Shown piece after piece: positions 1 through 9,760 of a stretch of 64,000 nucleotides of DNA. The position numbers and the translations under genes are program-made. Position 1 is the stretch's first letter; each line of letters opens with the position of its first letter. Source of the DNA: Odoribacter sp. OttesenSCG-928-L07 (lineage in GTDB: Bacteria; Bacteroidota; Bacteroidia; Bacteroidales; BM520); assembly GCA_030265965.1 (NCBI GenBank), contig JAJDHA010000002.1, forward strand, positions 25,580 through 89,579, written 5' to 3'. The notes beneath the pieces are model-generated. The model saw only the letters and a list, made by a program, of their open reading frames with translations. It had not been told where the DNA came from and did not search any database.

Positions 1-1057
1 GAAAAGTGTTAATTAAATCAACTTGATTTAATTTTTTTAAGGCTTTGCGTCGTAAAAAATACCATAAAATTATTCTAATCAATATTAAAGCAATAATTGG
101 TAATATGAATTGATTGAAAAAAATGCAAAGAAGAAGGCACGAAATGAAAAACAAAAATGTACTTAAAGCATAGATGACCTTTATAGTCTTGCCTATTGAT
201 TTTGAATACATTACATTTGAGTATCTTCTTGATACATGAGTGAACCATGTAGCTAAATTTTGTTTAGATTCGATTGAGATCTGAGCGTAATCATCAAAGA
301 TGTAAGATGTTTCTGATTTTCCTGTAAACTTATTGAAAACCGCTGTTCCGTCATTACAAGCTTGGAAATAATTAACTAAATTTTCAGGAATCAGAAAGTC
401 TGATTTCTTGAATAAAAAGTTTCTTGTGCTTATTGTATAAGGATGACCATTAGCAATATAAGACAAAAACTCCATATTGTATTTACTTTGTTCGTACCTA
501 ATAAGTTTGTTAAAGAAACCTTTGCCAGATTTAAAATTAGCAATTCCTGCAACATTGTGTTTCGAATTTAAACTTGCAACCATTGACCGAAGCCAATAAA
601 TACTCGTAGGTATACAGTCTAAATGAGTCGTAATAACTAAATCATATTGTGCTGCTTTAACTCCAATCGATAATGGATATATTTTCGAACATTTAAAGTT
701 ACTTCTTTCATGAATAGTAAAGAAAATCAGATTTGGAACTTGTCGAACCCACATTGTGAAATCTTCATTTTCTGTATCTTGTGCTGTATAATTTACAACA
801 ATTATTTCATATTTTCCATACTCCTGATTACTCAAAGCCATAATCTGTTTTTTTATAATATGGAAGTTATCCCTCATACATATTAATATAGAAACAGGAG
901 GTAATTCTCTCAAATTATTGTCGGGAGATACGCCTTTTGAAATAAATGAATTGCCGGTACGAATTAAATAAATTATTTGAATAACGAAAAGTATTATTGT
1001 AATAGAAGCCAGTACAATAAAAAACGTATCATCAAATATTTCTAAGTTGAAGAACAT
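1..1057 (-). CDS. Family 2 glycosyltransferase, membrane anchored (partial; 3' end lies beyond the left window edge)
   Basis: Manual minus-strand translation from ATG (1057-1055) gives an uninterrupted 352-codon frame down to position 1 (MFFNLEIFDDTFFIVLASITIILF...PPVSILICMRDNFHIIKKQIMALSNQEYGKYEIIVVNY...DLVITTHLDCIP...). It has an N-terminal TM helix followed by a GT-A/GT2-like core. It is not in the ORF track because it has no stop inside the window. Confidence 0.7.
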   Translation of the reverse strand, partial: MFFNLEIFDDTFFIVLASITIILFVIQIIYLIRTGNSFISKGVSPDNNLRELPPVSILICMRDNFHIIKKQIMALSNQEYGKYEIIVVNYTAQDTENEDFTMWVRQVPNLIFFTIHERSNFKCSKIYPLSIGVKAAQYDLVITTHLDCIPTSIYWLRSMVASLNSKHNVAGIANFKSGKGFFNKLIRYEQSKYNMEFLSYIANGHPYTISTRNFLFKKSDFLIPENLVNYFQACNDGTAVFNKFTGKSETSYIFDDYAQISIESKQNLATWFTHVSRRYSNVMYSKSIGKTIKVIYALSTFLFFISCLLLCIFFNQFILPIIALILIRIILWYFLRRKALKKLNQVDLINTF

Positions 1058-1109
1058 AATTATTTTAAATCAAAAAATAAAATTATGCAAATGAAAAGAA
1101 AATTAAGCG

Positions 1110-1117
1110 TATTTTTG
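1110..1117 (+). promoter_or_regulatory. Bacteroidetes-type -7 promoter box TATTTTTG upstream of tgt
   Basis: Matches the TAnnTTTG consensus of Bacteroidetes sigma-A promoters, 43 nt upstream of the tgt ATG. Confidence 0.4.
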
Positions 1118-1159
1118 ACAAATTTTTCTAAAAGTTATCAACGACTTTAATTTTATTTG

Positions 1160-2293
1160 ATGTTTAAGTACGATTTATTAACACAAGATATTGATACTAA
1201 GGCGCGAGTTGGTGTGCTTCATACAGATCACGGCGATATTCCTACTCCGATTTTTATGCCTGTTGGAACGGTTGGAACTGTAAAAGCTGTGCATATTAAA
1301 GATGTGGAAGAAGATATTAATGCTAAAATAATCTTAGGAAATACATATCATTTATATTTAAGACCCGGAACAGATATTCTTGAGAGTGCCGGAGGATTGC
1401 ATAAGTTTAACGGGTGGAATAAACCTATACTCACAGATAGCGGCGGCTACCAAGTTTATTCTCTAACTCATATAAGAAAACTAACAGAAGAAGGTGTTAA
1501 GTTTCAATCGCATATCGATGGTTCATATCATTTGTTTACTCCTGAAAATGTTATTGATATTGAAAGAAGTATCGGCGCCGATATCATTATGGCTTTCGAC
1601 GAATGTACTCCTTATCCTTGCGAATACAAATATGCTGAGAAATCATTAAAAATTACTCACAACTGGTTGAAAAGATGTATTGAAAGATACAGAACAACGG
1701 AACCGAAATATGGTTATCATCAAGAACTTTTCCCGATTGTACAAGGAAGTGTTTATAAAGATTTGCGGCGACAATCGGCGGAATTCGTTGCAGAATTTGG
1801 TACGGAAGGAAATGCTATCGGCGGATTGGCTGTCGGTGAACCTGCTGAGCTTATGTATGAACTTACTGATTTTGTTTGCGATATTCTCCCTAAGGATAAA
1901 CCTCGGTATTTAATGGGTGTCGGCACACCGGAAAATATTTTAGAATGTATTTCTCTCGGGGTTGATATGTTTGATTGTGTAATGCCCACACGTAACGGCA
2001 GAAATGGGATGCTATTCACTAACTCAGGAATAATCAATATCAAAAATAAAAAATGGGAAAAAGACTTTTCTCCTATTGATGAACTTTGTCCGTCTTTTGT
2101 TAGCACAAATTATACTAAAGCATACGTGCGCCATCTTTTTGCTGCCCGCGAAATTTTAGGCGGAATGATAGCCAGTCAACATAATTTAGCATTTTATCTC
2201 CAACTTGTTTCAGAGGCGCGTGAACACATTCTGGTAGGCGATTATGCAAAATGGAAAACTGATAAAATAAAAACTATCATGCGGAGGTTATAA
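1160..2293 (+). CDS. tgt: tRNA-guanine transglycosylase (queuine tRNA-ribosyltransferase)
   Basis: The full-length ORF carries TGT hallmarks (TPIFMPVGT, LTDSGGYQV, zinc-site region CxC..C). The ATG at 1160 is preferred over the TTG at 1157 used by the track. Confidence 0.95.
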   Translation: MFKYDLLTQDIDTKARVGVLHTDHGDIPTPIFMPVGTVGTVKAVHIKDVEEDINAKIILGNTYHLYLRPGTDILESAGGLHKFNGWNKPILTDSGGYQVYSLTHIRKLTEEGVKFQSHIDGSYHLFTPENVIDIERSIGADIIMAFDECTPYPCEYKYAEKSLKITHNWLKRCIERYRTTEPKYGYHQELFPIVQGSVYKDLRRQSAEFVAEFGTEGNAIGGLAVGEPAELMYELTDFVCDILPKDKPRYLMGVGTPENILECISLGVDMFDCVMPTRNGRNGMLFTNSGIINIKNKKWEKDFSPIDELCPSFVSTNYTKAYVRHLFAAREILGGMIASQHNLAFYLQLVSEAREHILVGDYAKWKTDKIKTIMRRL

Positions 2294-2295
2294 TA

Positions 2296-2330
2296 GTTGA
2301 AGGTTGAAAGTTGAAAATTGGAAATTTTGA
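2296..2330 (+). repeat. Tandem heptamer array GTTGAAR x5 (degenerate) directly after the tgt stop
   Basis: gttgaag gttgaaa gttgaaa attggaa attttga read directly from the sequence. It overlaps the TTG start region of the next gene. Confidence 0.85.
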
Positions 2331-3412
2331 AAAAATTAGATTTATATATAATAAGGAAATACTTTTCGTCATTCTTCTTGGCAATCATACTATTGATTAT
2401 TGTTGTTATTGTTTTCGATTTCTCGGAGAAGTTAGACAAGTTTATGAATGGGAATATTCCTTTTCATGAAATAGTTTTTGGTTATTATGCTAATTTTATC
2501 CCGTATTTCTTTAATTTATTTCTGTACTTATTTGTTTTTATCGCGGTAATATTTTTTACTTCTAAATTAGCTCAGAACTCTGAAATAATTGCAATTTTAA
2601 GCTCGGGGATAAGTTTTTATCGACTTATGGTCCCTTATCTTTTCTGTGCAATTATTCTCGCAGGAGTTGCCTTTGCATTATCTAATTTTGTTATTCCTAA
2701 AACTAATTCCAAACTTACAGAGTTTGAAAATCAATATCTTAGGAAGTCTGCAAAATACTCGCAATATGCTTATGATATTCACATGCAAATAGGACCGGCT
2801 ACCTATGCCTATGTAAAGAACTTCAACGGGAAAACTAATGAAGGAAATGATTTCACCCTCGAAAGATTCGATTTTGAAAATGGAATGCATTATAAAATAT
2901 CTTCTCGGTTGATAAAATGGTCGGAAAGTGATAGTACTTGGACATTAAGTAATTATGTTGAAAGAACAATATTTGATGATCGTGAGGATATTAAAGAAGG
3001 AAGTTCTATAACAATGAAAATGAATCTTTTTCCTAAAGATATGATTTTTATTGTTAATGATTTGAAAACGATGAATTTTAAACAACTCAATGATTTTATT
3101 GAAGCTGAGAGATTGAAAGGTATTAGGAACATTACTGAATATGAAGTTGAAAAACATTCAAGAATTGCAAATTCATTTGCAACAATAATTTTGACAGTGC
3201 TTGCTTATTCTTTAGCATGTAGGAAGAAAAAAGCTGGAATGGGAATAAATTTAGGTGTAGGAGTAGTTATAACATTCACCTATATTCTAATGATGCAAAT
3301 TACAAAAGTTTTTGCAACAAATAGTGGTTTAGATCCTTGGATTGCTGCTTGGTTGCCGAATGTGTTTTTTGCTGCTGTTGCTACTGTGATTACAGTAAAA
3401 GCTCCGAAATAA
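2318..3412 (+). CDS. LptF/LptG (YjgP/YjgQ) family LPS export permease
   Basis: N-terminus (M)KKLDLYIIRKYF plus TM helices flanking a large central soluble loop is typical of the family. There is no ATG start; the start is TTG at 2318 or 2327, inside the heptamer array. Confidence 0.8.
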   Translation: MEILKKLDLYIIRKYFSSFFLAIILLIIVVIVFDFSEKLDKFMNGNIPFHEIVFGYYANFIPYFFNLFLYLFVFIAVIFFTSKLAQNSEIIAILSSGISFYRLMVPYLFCAIILAGVAFALSNFVIPKTNSKLTEFENQYLRKSAKYSQYAYDIHMQIGPATYAYVKNFNGKTNEGNDFTLERFDFENGMHYKISSRLIKWSESDSTWTLSNYVERTIFDDREDIKEGSSITMKMNLFPKDMIFIVNDLKTMNFKQLNDFIEAERLKGIRNITEYEVEKHSRIANSFATIILTVLAYSLACRKKKAGMGINLGVGVVITFTYILMMQITKVFATNSGLDPWIAAWLPNVFFAAVATVITVKAPK

Positions 3413-3470
3413 GGAGTTACTACAATTTCTTTTATTACCAATTGTTAAGTTCTATTGTTTTAACAAGCTG

Positions 3471-3478
3471 TATCTTTG
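3471..3478 (+). promoter_or_regulatory. -7 promoter box TATCTTTG upstream of the MATE gene
   Basis: TAnnTTTG match 24 nt upstream of the ATG at 3502. The same TATCTTTGCA string recurs before many genes in this window. Confidence 0.5.
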
Positions 3479-3501
3479 CACCCTCAAAAAAATAAAGTAA
3501 T

Positions 3502-4872
3502 ATGCAAAGAGATAGTCTCGATTTCAAAACATTACCTATTGGTAAATTATTTGTCAAACAACTTTTTCCCACTATTTTAGGAATGATGTCAACAGCTTTA
3601 CTTACTGTTGTTGACGGTATTTTCGTAGGTCGTGGATTAGGTAGTGATGCTTTGGCAGCAGTTAATATTGCTGCACCAATATTTATGATAGTTGCTGGAA
3701 TCGGACTGATGTTTGGTATGGGCGGAGGAATTTTAGTGTCGATAAATCTTTCGCGCGGAAAATTTAAAGTAGCAAATATTAATGTAACTCAATCAACAGT
3801 AGCGTTATTTTTTGTTGCTTCGATAATAGCATTATTAGTTATATTATTCCCAACTCAAACAGCTGTCTTATTCGGCGCTAACGATTACCTTAAAGAAATG
3901 GCGGGCGAATATATGTTTTGGTATGCTATTACATTACCCATTACAGTTCTTATGATTGCCTTGCCTTTTTTTGTGCGACAAACAAATCCCAAATTTGCAA
4001 TGTGGGCGATGATTACCAGTACTGCTATAAATATCGTACTTGATTATGTATTTATTTTCGTATTCAAATGGGGGTTGTTTGGAGCTGCTATCGCAACTGA
4101 TATTGGTGGATTAGTGAGTGCATTTCTTCTTGCAGGTTATCTATTAAATCCGAAAATAGCAGTAAGATTTGCAAAATTAAAAATGAGCGCACACAGCATA
4201 CTTCTTACTTTAAGAAATGTATGGTATATGATAAAACTCGGCGTATCAACTTGTTTGAGCGAAATTACAATCGCCGTTATGGCAATTACAGGTAATTACG
4301 TTTTTATGCATCATCTTGGAGCCGATGGTGTTGCTGCTTATAGTATAATTTGTTATCTGTTCCCTGTAATATTTATGGTATTTAATGCAATGATACAATC
4401 GGCACAACCGATTATTAGCTATAATTACGGCTGCGGACAAACTGAACGTTCAACCAAAGTTACACGATTAGCGCTTACTTGTGCATTTTGTTTCGGATTA
4501 CTCATAACGGTTTTGTTTTCATTCTTTGCAGAAACAATTATTACCATGTTTTTGCCGGATAAAAGCAGTAATGCATATCAATATGCGCTTTCCGGCTTGC
4601 CATTATTTGCTTTGGATTACGTTTTCTTTGGAATCAACGTAATTGCTATTGGTTATTATTCCAGTGTCGAACGTGTTAAACGAGCAATAACTTTAACAGT
4701 ATTGCGCGGAATTATGCCTGTTGTCTTCTTCTTTATATTACCCGAATTATTTGGAATTTCCGGAATGTGGCTTTCAGTTGGTGTCGGTGATTTTGTAATT
4801 ACATTAATTATTGTAATTTTGTTTTTTATTGATAAATCAAGAAATGGAAACTTTAATAAGCATAATAAATGA
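3502..4872 (+). CDS. MATE family efflux transporter
   Basis: 456 aa with about 12 hydrophobic segments. The N-terminus (PIGKLFVKQLFPTILGMM) and overall pattern are typical of MATE/NorM-like proteins. Confidence 0.85.
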   Translation: MQRDSLDFKTLPIGKLFVKQLFPTILGMMSTALLTVVDGIFVGRGLGSDALAAVNIAAPIFMIVAGIGLMFGMGGGILVSINLSRGKFKVANINVTQSTVALFFVASIIALLVILFPTQTAVLFGANDYLKEMAGEYMFWYAITLPITVLMIALPFFVRQTNPKFAMWAMITSTAINIVLDYVFIFVFKWGLFGAAIATDIGGLVSAFLLAGYLLNPKIAVRFAKLKMSAHSILLTLRNVWYMIKLGVSTCLSEITIAVMAITGNYVFMHHLGADGVAAYSIICYLFPVIFMVFNAMIQSAQPIISYNYGCGQTERSTKVTRLALTCAFCFGLLITVLFSFFAETIITMFLPDKSSNAYQYALSGLPLFALDYVFFGINVIAIGYYSSVERVKRAITLTVLRGIMPVVFFFILPELFGISGMWLSVGVGDFVITLIIVILFFIDKSRNGNFNKHNK

Positions 4873-5407
4873 GCATCATAAATTAGCTGAAGAAGAAGAG
4901 CTATTGCTCAGACAAACTTTACGTACGCTTCATTTTCCTAAAGGAAGTGTTGTTATTGAAGAAGGAAAAATAGATGATTCAATTTATTTTATTAGACAAG
5001 GCGTTTGGCGAGCACATATCGAACGTGAAGGGGAAGATTGTACGTTATGGTTTGCGGTTCAAGGTGAAACTGTTTTTTCTTCGTGGGGACATATTCGGAA
5101 TTTACCTTCGCGAATGACAATATCTTCGTCAAGTAATAGCGTGGTTATTGAAATGAAAAAAAGTACTGTGCAAAAATTATCCGAAATGTCGCCATCATTC
5201 AATAGTTGGCTTCATCTGCTTTACGTTGATATGATACTTAATAGCGACAATCAACTTGTTGATATATCTTATCCTAAAGCAGAAAAACGATATTTAGCTT
5301 TTATGAAGAAAATGCCGGAAATCTTTCAACATGTTCCACTCAAAGAAGTTGCAGGTTTTATTGGCGTTACTCCTCAATCATTAAGCCGTATTCGAGCAAA
5401 AATATGA
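4844..5407 (+). CDS. Crp/Fnr family transcriptional regulator
   Basis: cNMP-binding-like beta-roll region (VVIEEGKIDDSIYFIRQGVWRA) and C-terminal HTH (LKEVAGFIGVTPQSLSRIR). The ATG at 4844 (METLISII) is preferred to the TTG at 4829. Confidence 0.75.
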   Translation: METLISIINEHHKLAEEEELLLRQTLRTLHFPKGSVVIEEGKIDDSIYFIRQGVWRAHIEREGEDCTLWFAVQGETVFSSWGHIRNLPSRMTISSSSNSVVIEMKKSTVQKLSEMSPSFNSWLHLLYVDMILNSDNQLVDISYPKAEKRYLAFMKKMPEIFQHVPLKEVAGFIGVTPQSLSRIRAKI

Positions 5408-5422
5408 GCTTAAATTATCTCG

Positions 5423-6181
5423 TTATTTATCAAAAATTCCGTAAACAGCCGAGCCACTGCCGCTCATAGCTGCGTAAACTGCACCATTGGCATACATTTC
5501 ATCTTTTATCTTTTTAATTTCAGGATGAATTGGAAAAATCGATTCTTCAAAATCATTTTTAATATTATCCTTCCAAGTAGAAATATCGGAGTATATCATT
5601 TCCTTCAAATTTCTAACATTAGAATTTGGCTTTACTAAAGAATAAGCCTCTTTTGTTGAAATATGAATATTCGGCACTTTAACTTCAATTTTATTGTTTA
5701 AATTGAAATCTACTTCCTCCAAAATTTCGCCGCGAGAACTTGCAAAAGCCGGTTTGTTATCAATGAAAAAAGCGCAATCGCTTCCTAATTTTCCTGCGAA
5801 AACTTTTAGCTCATCATTTGAAATACCTAATTCAAACATTCTGTTTAATAGAATCAAAGTGGCAGCTGCATTTGATGAACCACCTCCCAAACCGGCACCA
5901 ACAGGAATCTTTTTATGTAAATAAATATCCACGGGGGGAAGATCATATATTTCTGAAAGTAAATTATATGTTTTAATACAAAGGTTGTCATCCTTTACTC
6001 CATCAATAATATTACCCGAAAAATGAATGTTTGTTTCTTTATTATTGGATTTCACTATTTCCAAAATGTCTTTCAATTCGTTAAAAGGATATAAAAAAGT
6101 ATAAATATTGTGAAATCCGTCATCTCTTTTTGACAATATTTGCAAACCTATGTTTATCTTTGCACTTGGGAAAATGATCAT
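5423..6181 (-). CDS. ispE: 4-diphosphocytidyl-2-C-methyl-D-erythritol kinase
   Basis: GHMP kinase motif PVGAGLGGGSSNAAA and the N-terminal AKINIGLQI pattern typical of IspE. Confidence 0.9.
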   Translation of the reverse strand: MIIFPSAKINIGLQILSKRDDGFHNIYTFLYPFNELKDILEIVKSNNKETNIHFSGNIIDGVKDDNLCIKTYNLLSEIYDLPPVDIYLHKKIPVGAGLGGGSSNAAATLILLNRMFELGISNDELKVFAGKLGSDCAFFIDNKPAFASSRGEILEEVDFNLNNKIEVKVPNIHISTKEAYSLVKPNSNVRNLKEMIYSDISTWKDNIKNDFEESIFPIHPEIKKIKDEMYANGAVYAAMSGSGSAVYGIFDK

Positions 6182-6197
6182 AATTTGAAATTTTGTC

Positions 6198-6205
6198 CAA
6201 AAGTA
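6198..6205 (-). promoter_or_regulatory. -7 promoter box (TACTTTTG on the minus strand) for ispE
   Basis: The reverse complement of caaaagta matches TAnnTTTG, 17 nt upstream of the ispE ATG. Confidence 0.35.
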
Positions 6206-6232
6206 TTAAAAAAAATCCTATAACCAAAAAAT

Positions 6233-7750
6233 ATGTCCTCAATCACTCAAACTTTATCGTCAATTGTTTTCAGAAAACATTTGCAGAAAATAAAGCGATT
6301 CAAATCTGAGCCGATTGAAGTACAAAATGCAATATTTAAAGATCTTATTAATAGAGGAGCTGATACGGTTTGGGGGCAAAAACACAATTATTCGTCTTTT
6401 TCTACAGTTAACGATTTTAGGGAAAGTGTACCTTTAAATACTTACGAAGATCTTGAACCTTATTTTCAGGAAATAATGAGCGGCAAACAAAATTTGCTGT
6501 GGCCCGAAACTATTCAATGGTTTTCAAAATCTTCCGGAACAACAACAGGTAAAAGTAAATTTATTCCTGTAAGTAAAGAAACTCTTTTTGGTTGTCATTA
6601 TGATGCCGGTAGGGCAATGGTTGCTAATTATATCGAAAATAGAAGCAATACAAAATTGCTTACTGGAAAAAATATCTCGGTATCAGGAAGTTATTTACAA
6701 GAAGTAAATGATAGTAATCAATATCTTGTCGGTGATATCTCCGCTATTCTTATGCAAAATCTACCTAAATGGGCAGAATATATTAAGATTCCATCAAAGA
6801 AATTAACTTTGATAAGCGATTGGGAAGAGAAAATCAATATGATTGCCGAAGCTGTGGTTAATAGAAATGTTGTCAGTTTTCTTGGAGTTCCTTCGTGGAT
6901 GCTTGTTATTCTAAGAAAAATTGAAGAAGTTTCAGGTAAATCGATTGATGAAACGTGGCCTAATCTTGAAGTCTTTTTTCACGGAGGAGTTGATTTCGGT
7001 CCTTATAAAGATAGATATAATAAATTGATTAAGAATCCTAATATGAGATACTTGGGAGTGTATAATGCTTCGGAAGGTTATTTTGCTTTTCAAGATGATT
7101 TGGATTCTGAGGATTTGCTTCTGCTTCTCGATTATGGTATTTATTATGAGTTTGTTCCTTTGGATATGCTTAGCGAAGGTTCACATTATGCTATTGGATT
7201 GGAGGATGTTAAATTAGGAGAGAATTACGCAATGGTAATTTCTACTAATAGCGGTTTGTGGCGGTATGTTATAGGTGATACGGTGAAATTCACATCGTTA
7301 AATCCTTTCAAAATAAAAATAACCGGTCGAACAAAAGCTTTTATTAATATTGTTGGAGAAGAACTAATTCTCAATAATGCTAACAAAGCTATTGGTGTTG
7401 CATGTAAAAAAACGGATGCGGTTTTGTCGGATTATACTGTTGCTCCAAAATTTTATAAAGAAGGAAATACCGCGCATGAATGGCTCATTGAGTTTGAGAA
7501 AGAACCGGATAATATGGAACTTTTCGAAAAATATCTTGATGAAGCCTTGATGGATGAAAATTCTGATTATAAAGCAAAACGTTTTCATGATATGGTGCTT
7601 CGAGCGCCAGTAATAGATGTTGTGCCTCAAGGTACTTTCTATAAATGGTTTAAAAGTAAAAATAAATTAGGCGGACAAAATAAATTGCGTCGATTGTCTA
7701 ATAACAGAAATATTGTTGATGAAGTTCTTTTAATGTTACAAAATTCATAA
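6233..7750 (+). CDS. GH3 auxin-responsive-promoter family protein (acyl-adenylate-forming fold)
   Basis: 505 aa with FSKSSGTTTGKSKFIPVS and the overall pattern familiar from the bacterial GH3 family common in Bacteroidota. Confidence 0.8.
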   Translation: MSSITQTLSSIVFRKHLQKIKRFKSEPIEVQNAIFKDLINRGADTVWGQKHNYSSFSTVNDFRESVPLNTYEDLEPYFQEIMSGKQNLLWPETIQWFSKSSGTTTGKSKFIPVSKETLFGCHYDAGRAMVANYIENRSNTKLLTGKNISVSGSYLQEVNDSNQYLVGDISAILMQNLPKWAEYIKIPSKKLTLISDWEEKINMIAEAVVNRNVVSFLGVPSWMLVILRKIEEVSGKSIDETWPNLEVFFHGGVDFGPYKDRYNKLIKNPNMRYLGVYNASEGYFAFQDDLDSEDLLLLLDYGIYYEFVPLDMLSEGSHYAIGLEDVKLGENYAMVISTNSGLWRYVIGDTVKFTSLNPFKIKITGRTKAFINIVGEELILNNANKAIGVACKKTDAVLSDYTVAPKFYKEGNTAHEWLIEFEKEPDNMELFEKYLDEALMDENSDYKAKRFHDMVLRAPVIDVVPQGTFYKWFKSKNKLGGQNKLRRLSNNRNIVDEVLLMLQNS

Positions 7751-7753
7751 ATT

Positions 7754-8368
7754 ATGTATATTGCTATTGCAGGAAATATTGGCTCAGGAAAAACTACTCT
7801 TACAAGATTGTTGGCAAAAAATTTTAAATGGGAGCCTAATTACGAAGATGCCGACACAAATCCTTATCTAAGTAGCTTTTATGAAGATATGCTTAGATGG
7901 TCGTTTAATCTGCAAATATATTTTCTTAATAGTAGATTTAGACAAATCGTAGATATCAAAAAAGAAAATAGATCTGTTATCCAAGATAGAACAATTTATG
8001 AAGATGCTTATATCTTCGCAGCTAACTTGCATTCAATGAGTTTGATGCAAACAAGAGATTATGAAAATTATCTATCACTCTTTGAGTTAATGACTTCTTT
8101 TATTCCTGCACCCGACCTTTTAATTTATCTCAGAGCTTCGGTGCCGACTCTTGTAAATAATATTCAAAAAAGAGGAAGAGATTATGAAGCATCTATTCGT
8201 TTGGATTATCTGAAAAGTTTGAATGATAAATATGAAAAATGGATTCAATCTTATAATGCAGGAAAACTACTAATTATTGATGTTGATAATCTTGATTTCG
8301 AAAATAATCCTGAGGACCTTGCAAATATCATCGATAAAATAAACGCTGAAATCAATGGCTTATTCTGA
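7754..8368 (+). CDS. Deoxynucleoside kinase
   Basis: P-loop IAGNIGSGKTT, the DRTIYED (DRS-like) motif and a 204-aa length typical of the dAK/dGK/dCK family. Confidence 0.85.
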   Translation: MYIAIAGNIGSGKTTLTRLLAKNFKWEPNYEDADTNPYLSSFYEDMLRWSFNLQIYFLNSRFRQIVDIKKENRSVIQDRTIYEDAYIFAANLHSMSLMQTRDYENYLSLFELMTSFIPAPDLLIYLRASVPTLVNNIQKRGRDYEASIRLDYLKSLNDKYEKWIQSYNAGKLLIIDVDNLDFENNPEDLANIIDKINAEINGLF

Positions 8369-9101
8369 AATAAATGCTGTTGGAATAATTCCGGCTCGAT
8401 ATAACTCGTCTAGATTTCCGGGAAAACCACTCGTTGACATTGACGGCAAAAGCATGATTCATAGAGTTTACGATCAAGCAATGAAATCGAAACTCCTTTC
8501 GAAAGTTTATATTGCTACAGACGATAAAAGAATTTTCGAACATGTAAAGAACTTTACTGACAATGTTTTAATGACTTCCGAAAATCATACAAACGGAACT
8601 GAAAGAGTTGCTGAAGCAATAGAAATACTCGAAGAAAGAAATCTTTTCTTTGACATTGTTGCAAATATTCAAGGCGACGAGCCATACATCTTCCCACAAC
8701 AAATTGATGAAGCATTATCTGTTCTTATTAATAATGAAAATGCGGAAATTGCCACTTTAATTAAAGAAATCAACTTCGAAGATGCAACAGACCCTAACAG
8801 GGTCAAAGTTGTTATTAGTAAGAATAATAAAGCATTATATTTCAGCCGACAAATTATCCCATTTTATAAAGTTGAACCTGAAAAACAAACTTATTACAAG
8901 CATATCGGTTTATATGTTTTCAGAACAATTATTCTTAAAGAAATTGTTAAACTCGATTTTTCGGTTTTAGAACGCGCTGAAAGCTTAGAACAATTAAGAT
9001 GGCTTGATAATGATTATAAAATTTTTGTTGAGTATTCGAATTATGAAACTATAAGTATTGATACTCCGGAAGATTTGAATGTCTTTGTTGGTGACGAGTG
9101 A
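8355..9101 (+). CDS. kdsB: 3-deoxy-manno-octulosonate cytidylyltransferase (CMP-KDO synthetase)
   Basis: IIPARYNSSRFPGKPL, NIQGDEP and an IDTPEDL-like C-terminus. The last codons and the TGA stop (9099-9101) lie inside the GTGACGA array. Confidence 0.9.
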   Translation: MAYSEINAVGIIPARYNSSRFPGKPLVDIDGKSMIHRVYDQAMKSKLLSKVYIATDDKRIFEHVKNFTDNVLMTSENHTNGTERVAEAIEILEERNLFFDIVANIQGDEPYIFPQQIDEALSVLINNENAEIATLIKEINFEDATDPNRVKVVISKNNKALYFSRQIIPFYKVEPEKQTYYKHIGLYVFRTIILKEIVKLDFSVLERAESLEQLRWLDNDYKIFVEYSNYETISIDTPEDLNVFVGDE

Positions 9102-9144
9102 CGAGTGACGAGTGACAAGTGACGAGTGACGAGTGACAAGTGAC
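9091..9144 (+). repeat. GTGACRA heptamer tandem array (about 7.7 units)
   Basis: gtgacga x3, gtgacaa, gtgacga x2, gtgacaa, gtgac. It fills the whole spacer between the convergent kdsB and the 170-aa OMP gene. Confidence 0.95.
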
Positions 9145-9656
9145 TATTTCATGGGAAAGTACACTCCAATTGCAAATGTAAACATCAATGGCATGTCGTC
9201 ATTAAGATTAGTTTTATAGAATGCACGACCTTTCATGACCCTAAACCCAAATCCAACTGAAGCTGTGAATACCTTTTTTGCTCTAAAAACAAACATTGGA
9301 GTTATTAATGCTTGTGTAGTTGAGTTGCCTAATCCCTGATGCCAAAATTGTAGAGACATAAATGAGCTTCTGATATCATTTTCTTTTAAGTGTATATTAA
9401 TGCCTAAGCCGAGACCTAAATATCCAAACCCTACTTGAATTCCAAAAATTTTTGTTGGAAGAACTTCAAAATCAAGGCCTACTAAACTACCTCCACCATG
9501 TAAAAATCCGAATGAGAGTGCAGTCTTTGAATGATCCTGAGAAATAGTATTCTCACTATTCTTATCAATTGTTTGATAGGCTAAAGTATTTTCTTGCGAA
9601 AATCCCACAAAAACAGTTGTCATTAAAAAAAATAATAGTAAAATTCTTTTTTTCAT
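9144..9656 (-). CDS. Small outer-membrane beta-barrel protein (hypothetical)
   Basis: Signal peptide (MKKRILLLFFLMTTVFVGFSQ), alternating Gly/aromatic beta-strand pattern and a C-terminal aromatic-rich strand. No specific family recognised. Confidence 0.5.
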   Translation of the reverse strand: MKKRILLLFFLMTTVFVGFSQENTLAYQTIDKNSENTISQDHSKTALSFGFLHGGGSLVGLDFEVLPTKIFGIQVGFGYLGLGLGINIHLKENDIRSSFMSLQFWHQGLGNSTTQALITPMFVFRAKKVFTASVGFGFRVMKGRAFYKTNLNDDMPLMFTFAIGVYFPMK

Positions 9657-9687
9657 AATTAATTATTATTTAAATTTTCCATTAACC

Positions 9688-9756
9688 CGTCACCCGTCAC
9701 ACGTCACCCGTCACACGTCACACGTCACTCGTCACTCGTCACTCGTCACTCGTCAC
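9688..9756 (-). repeat. GTGACNN heptamer tandem array (about 10 units, read on the minus strand)
   Basis: Plus strand reads cgtcacc cgtcaca cgtcacc cgtcaca cgtcaca cgtcact x4 cgtcac. It lies directly downstream of the 238-aa porin gene stop. Confidence 0.95.
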
Positions 9757-9760
9757 ATTG

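Noticed and set aside
9091-9144. TGA recoding (genetic code 4 or 25), as a way to explain TGA-rich arrays at gene ends.
   Set aside because: Well-conserved genes (MATE, Crp-like, kdsB, imelysin, dtd) terminate at TGA at the expected protein length, and no conserved protein shows in-frame TGA. The standard code 11 fits.
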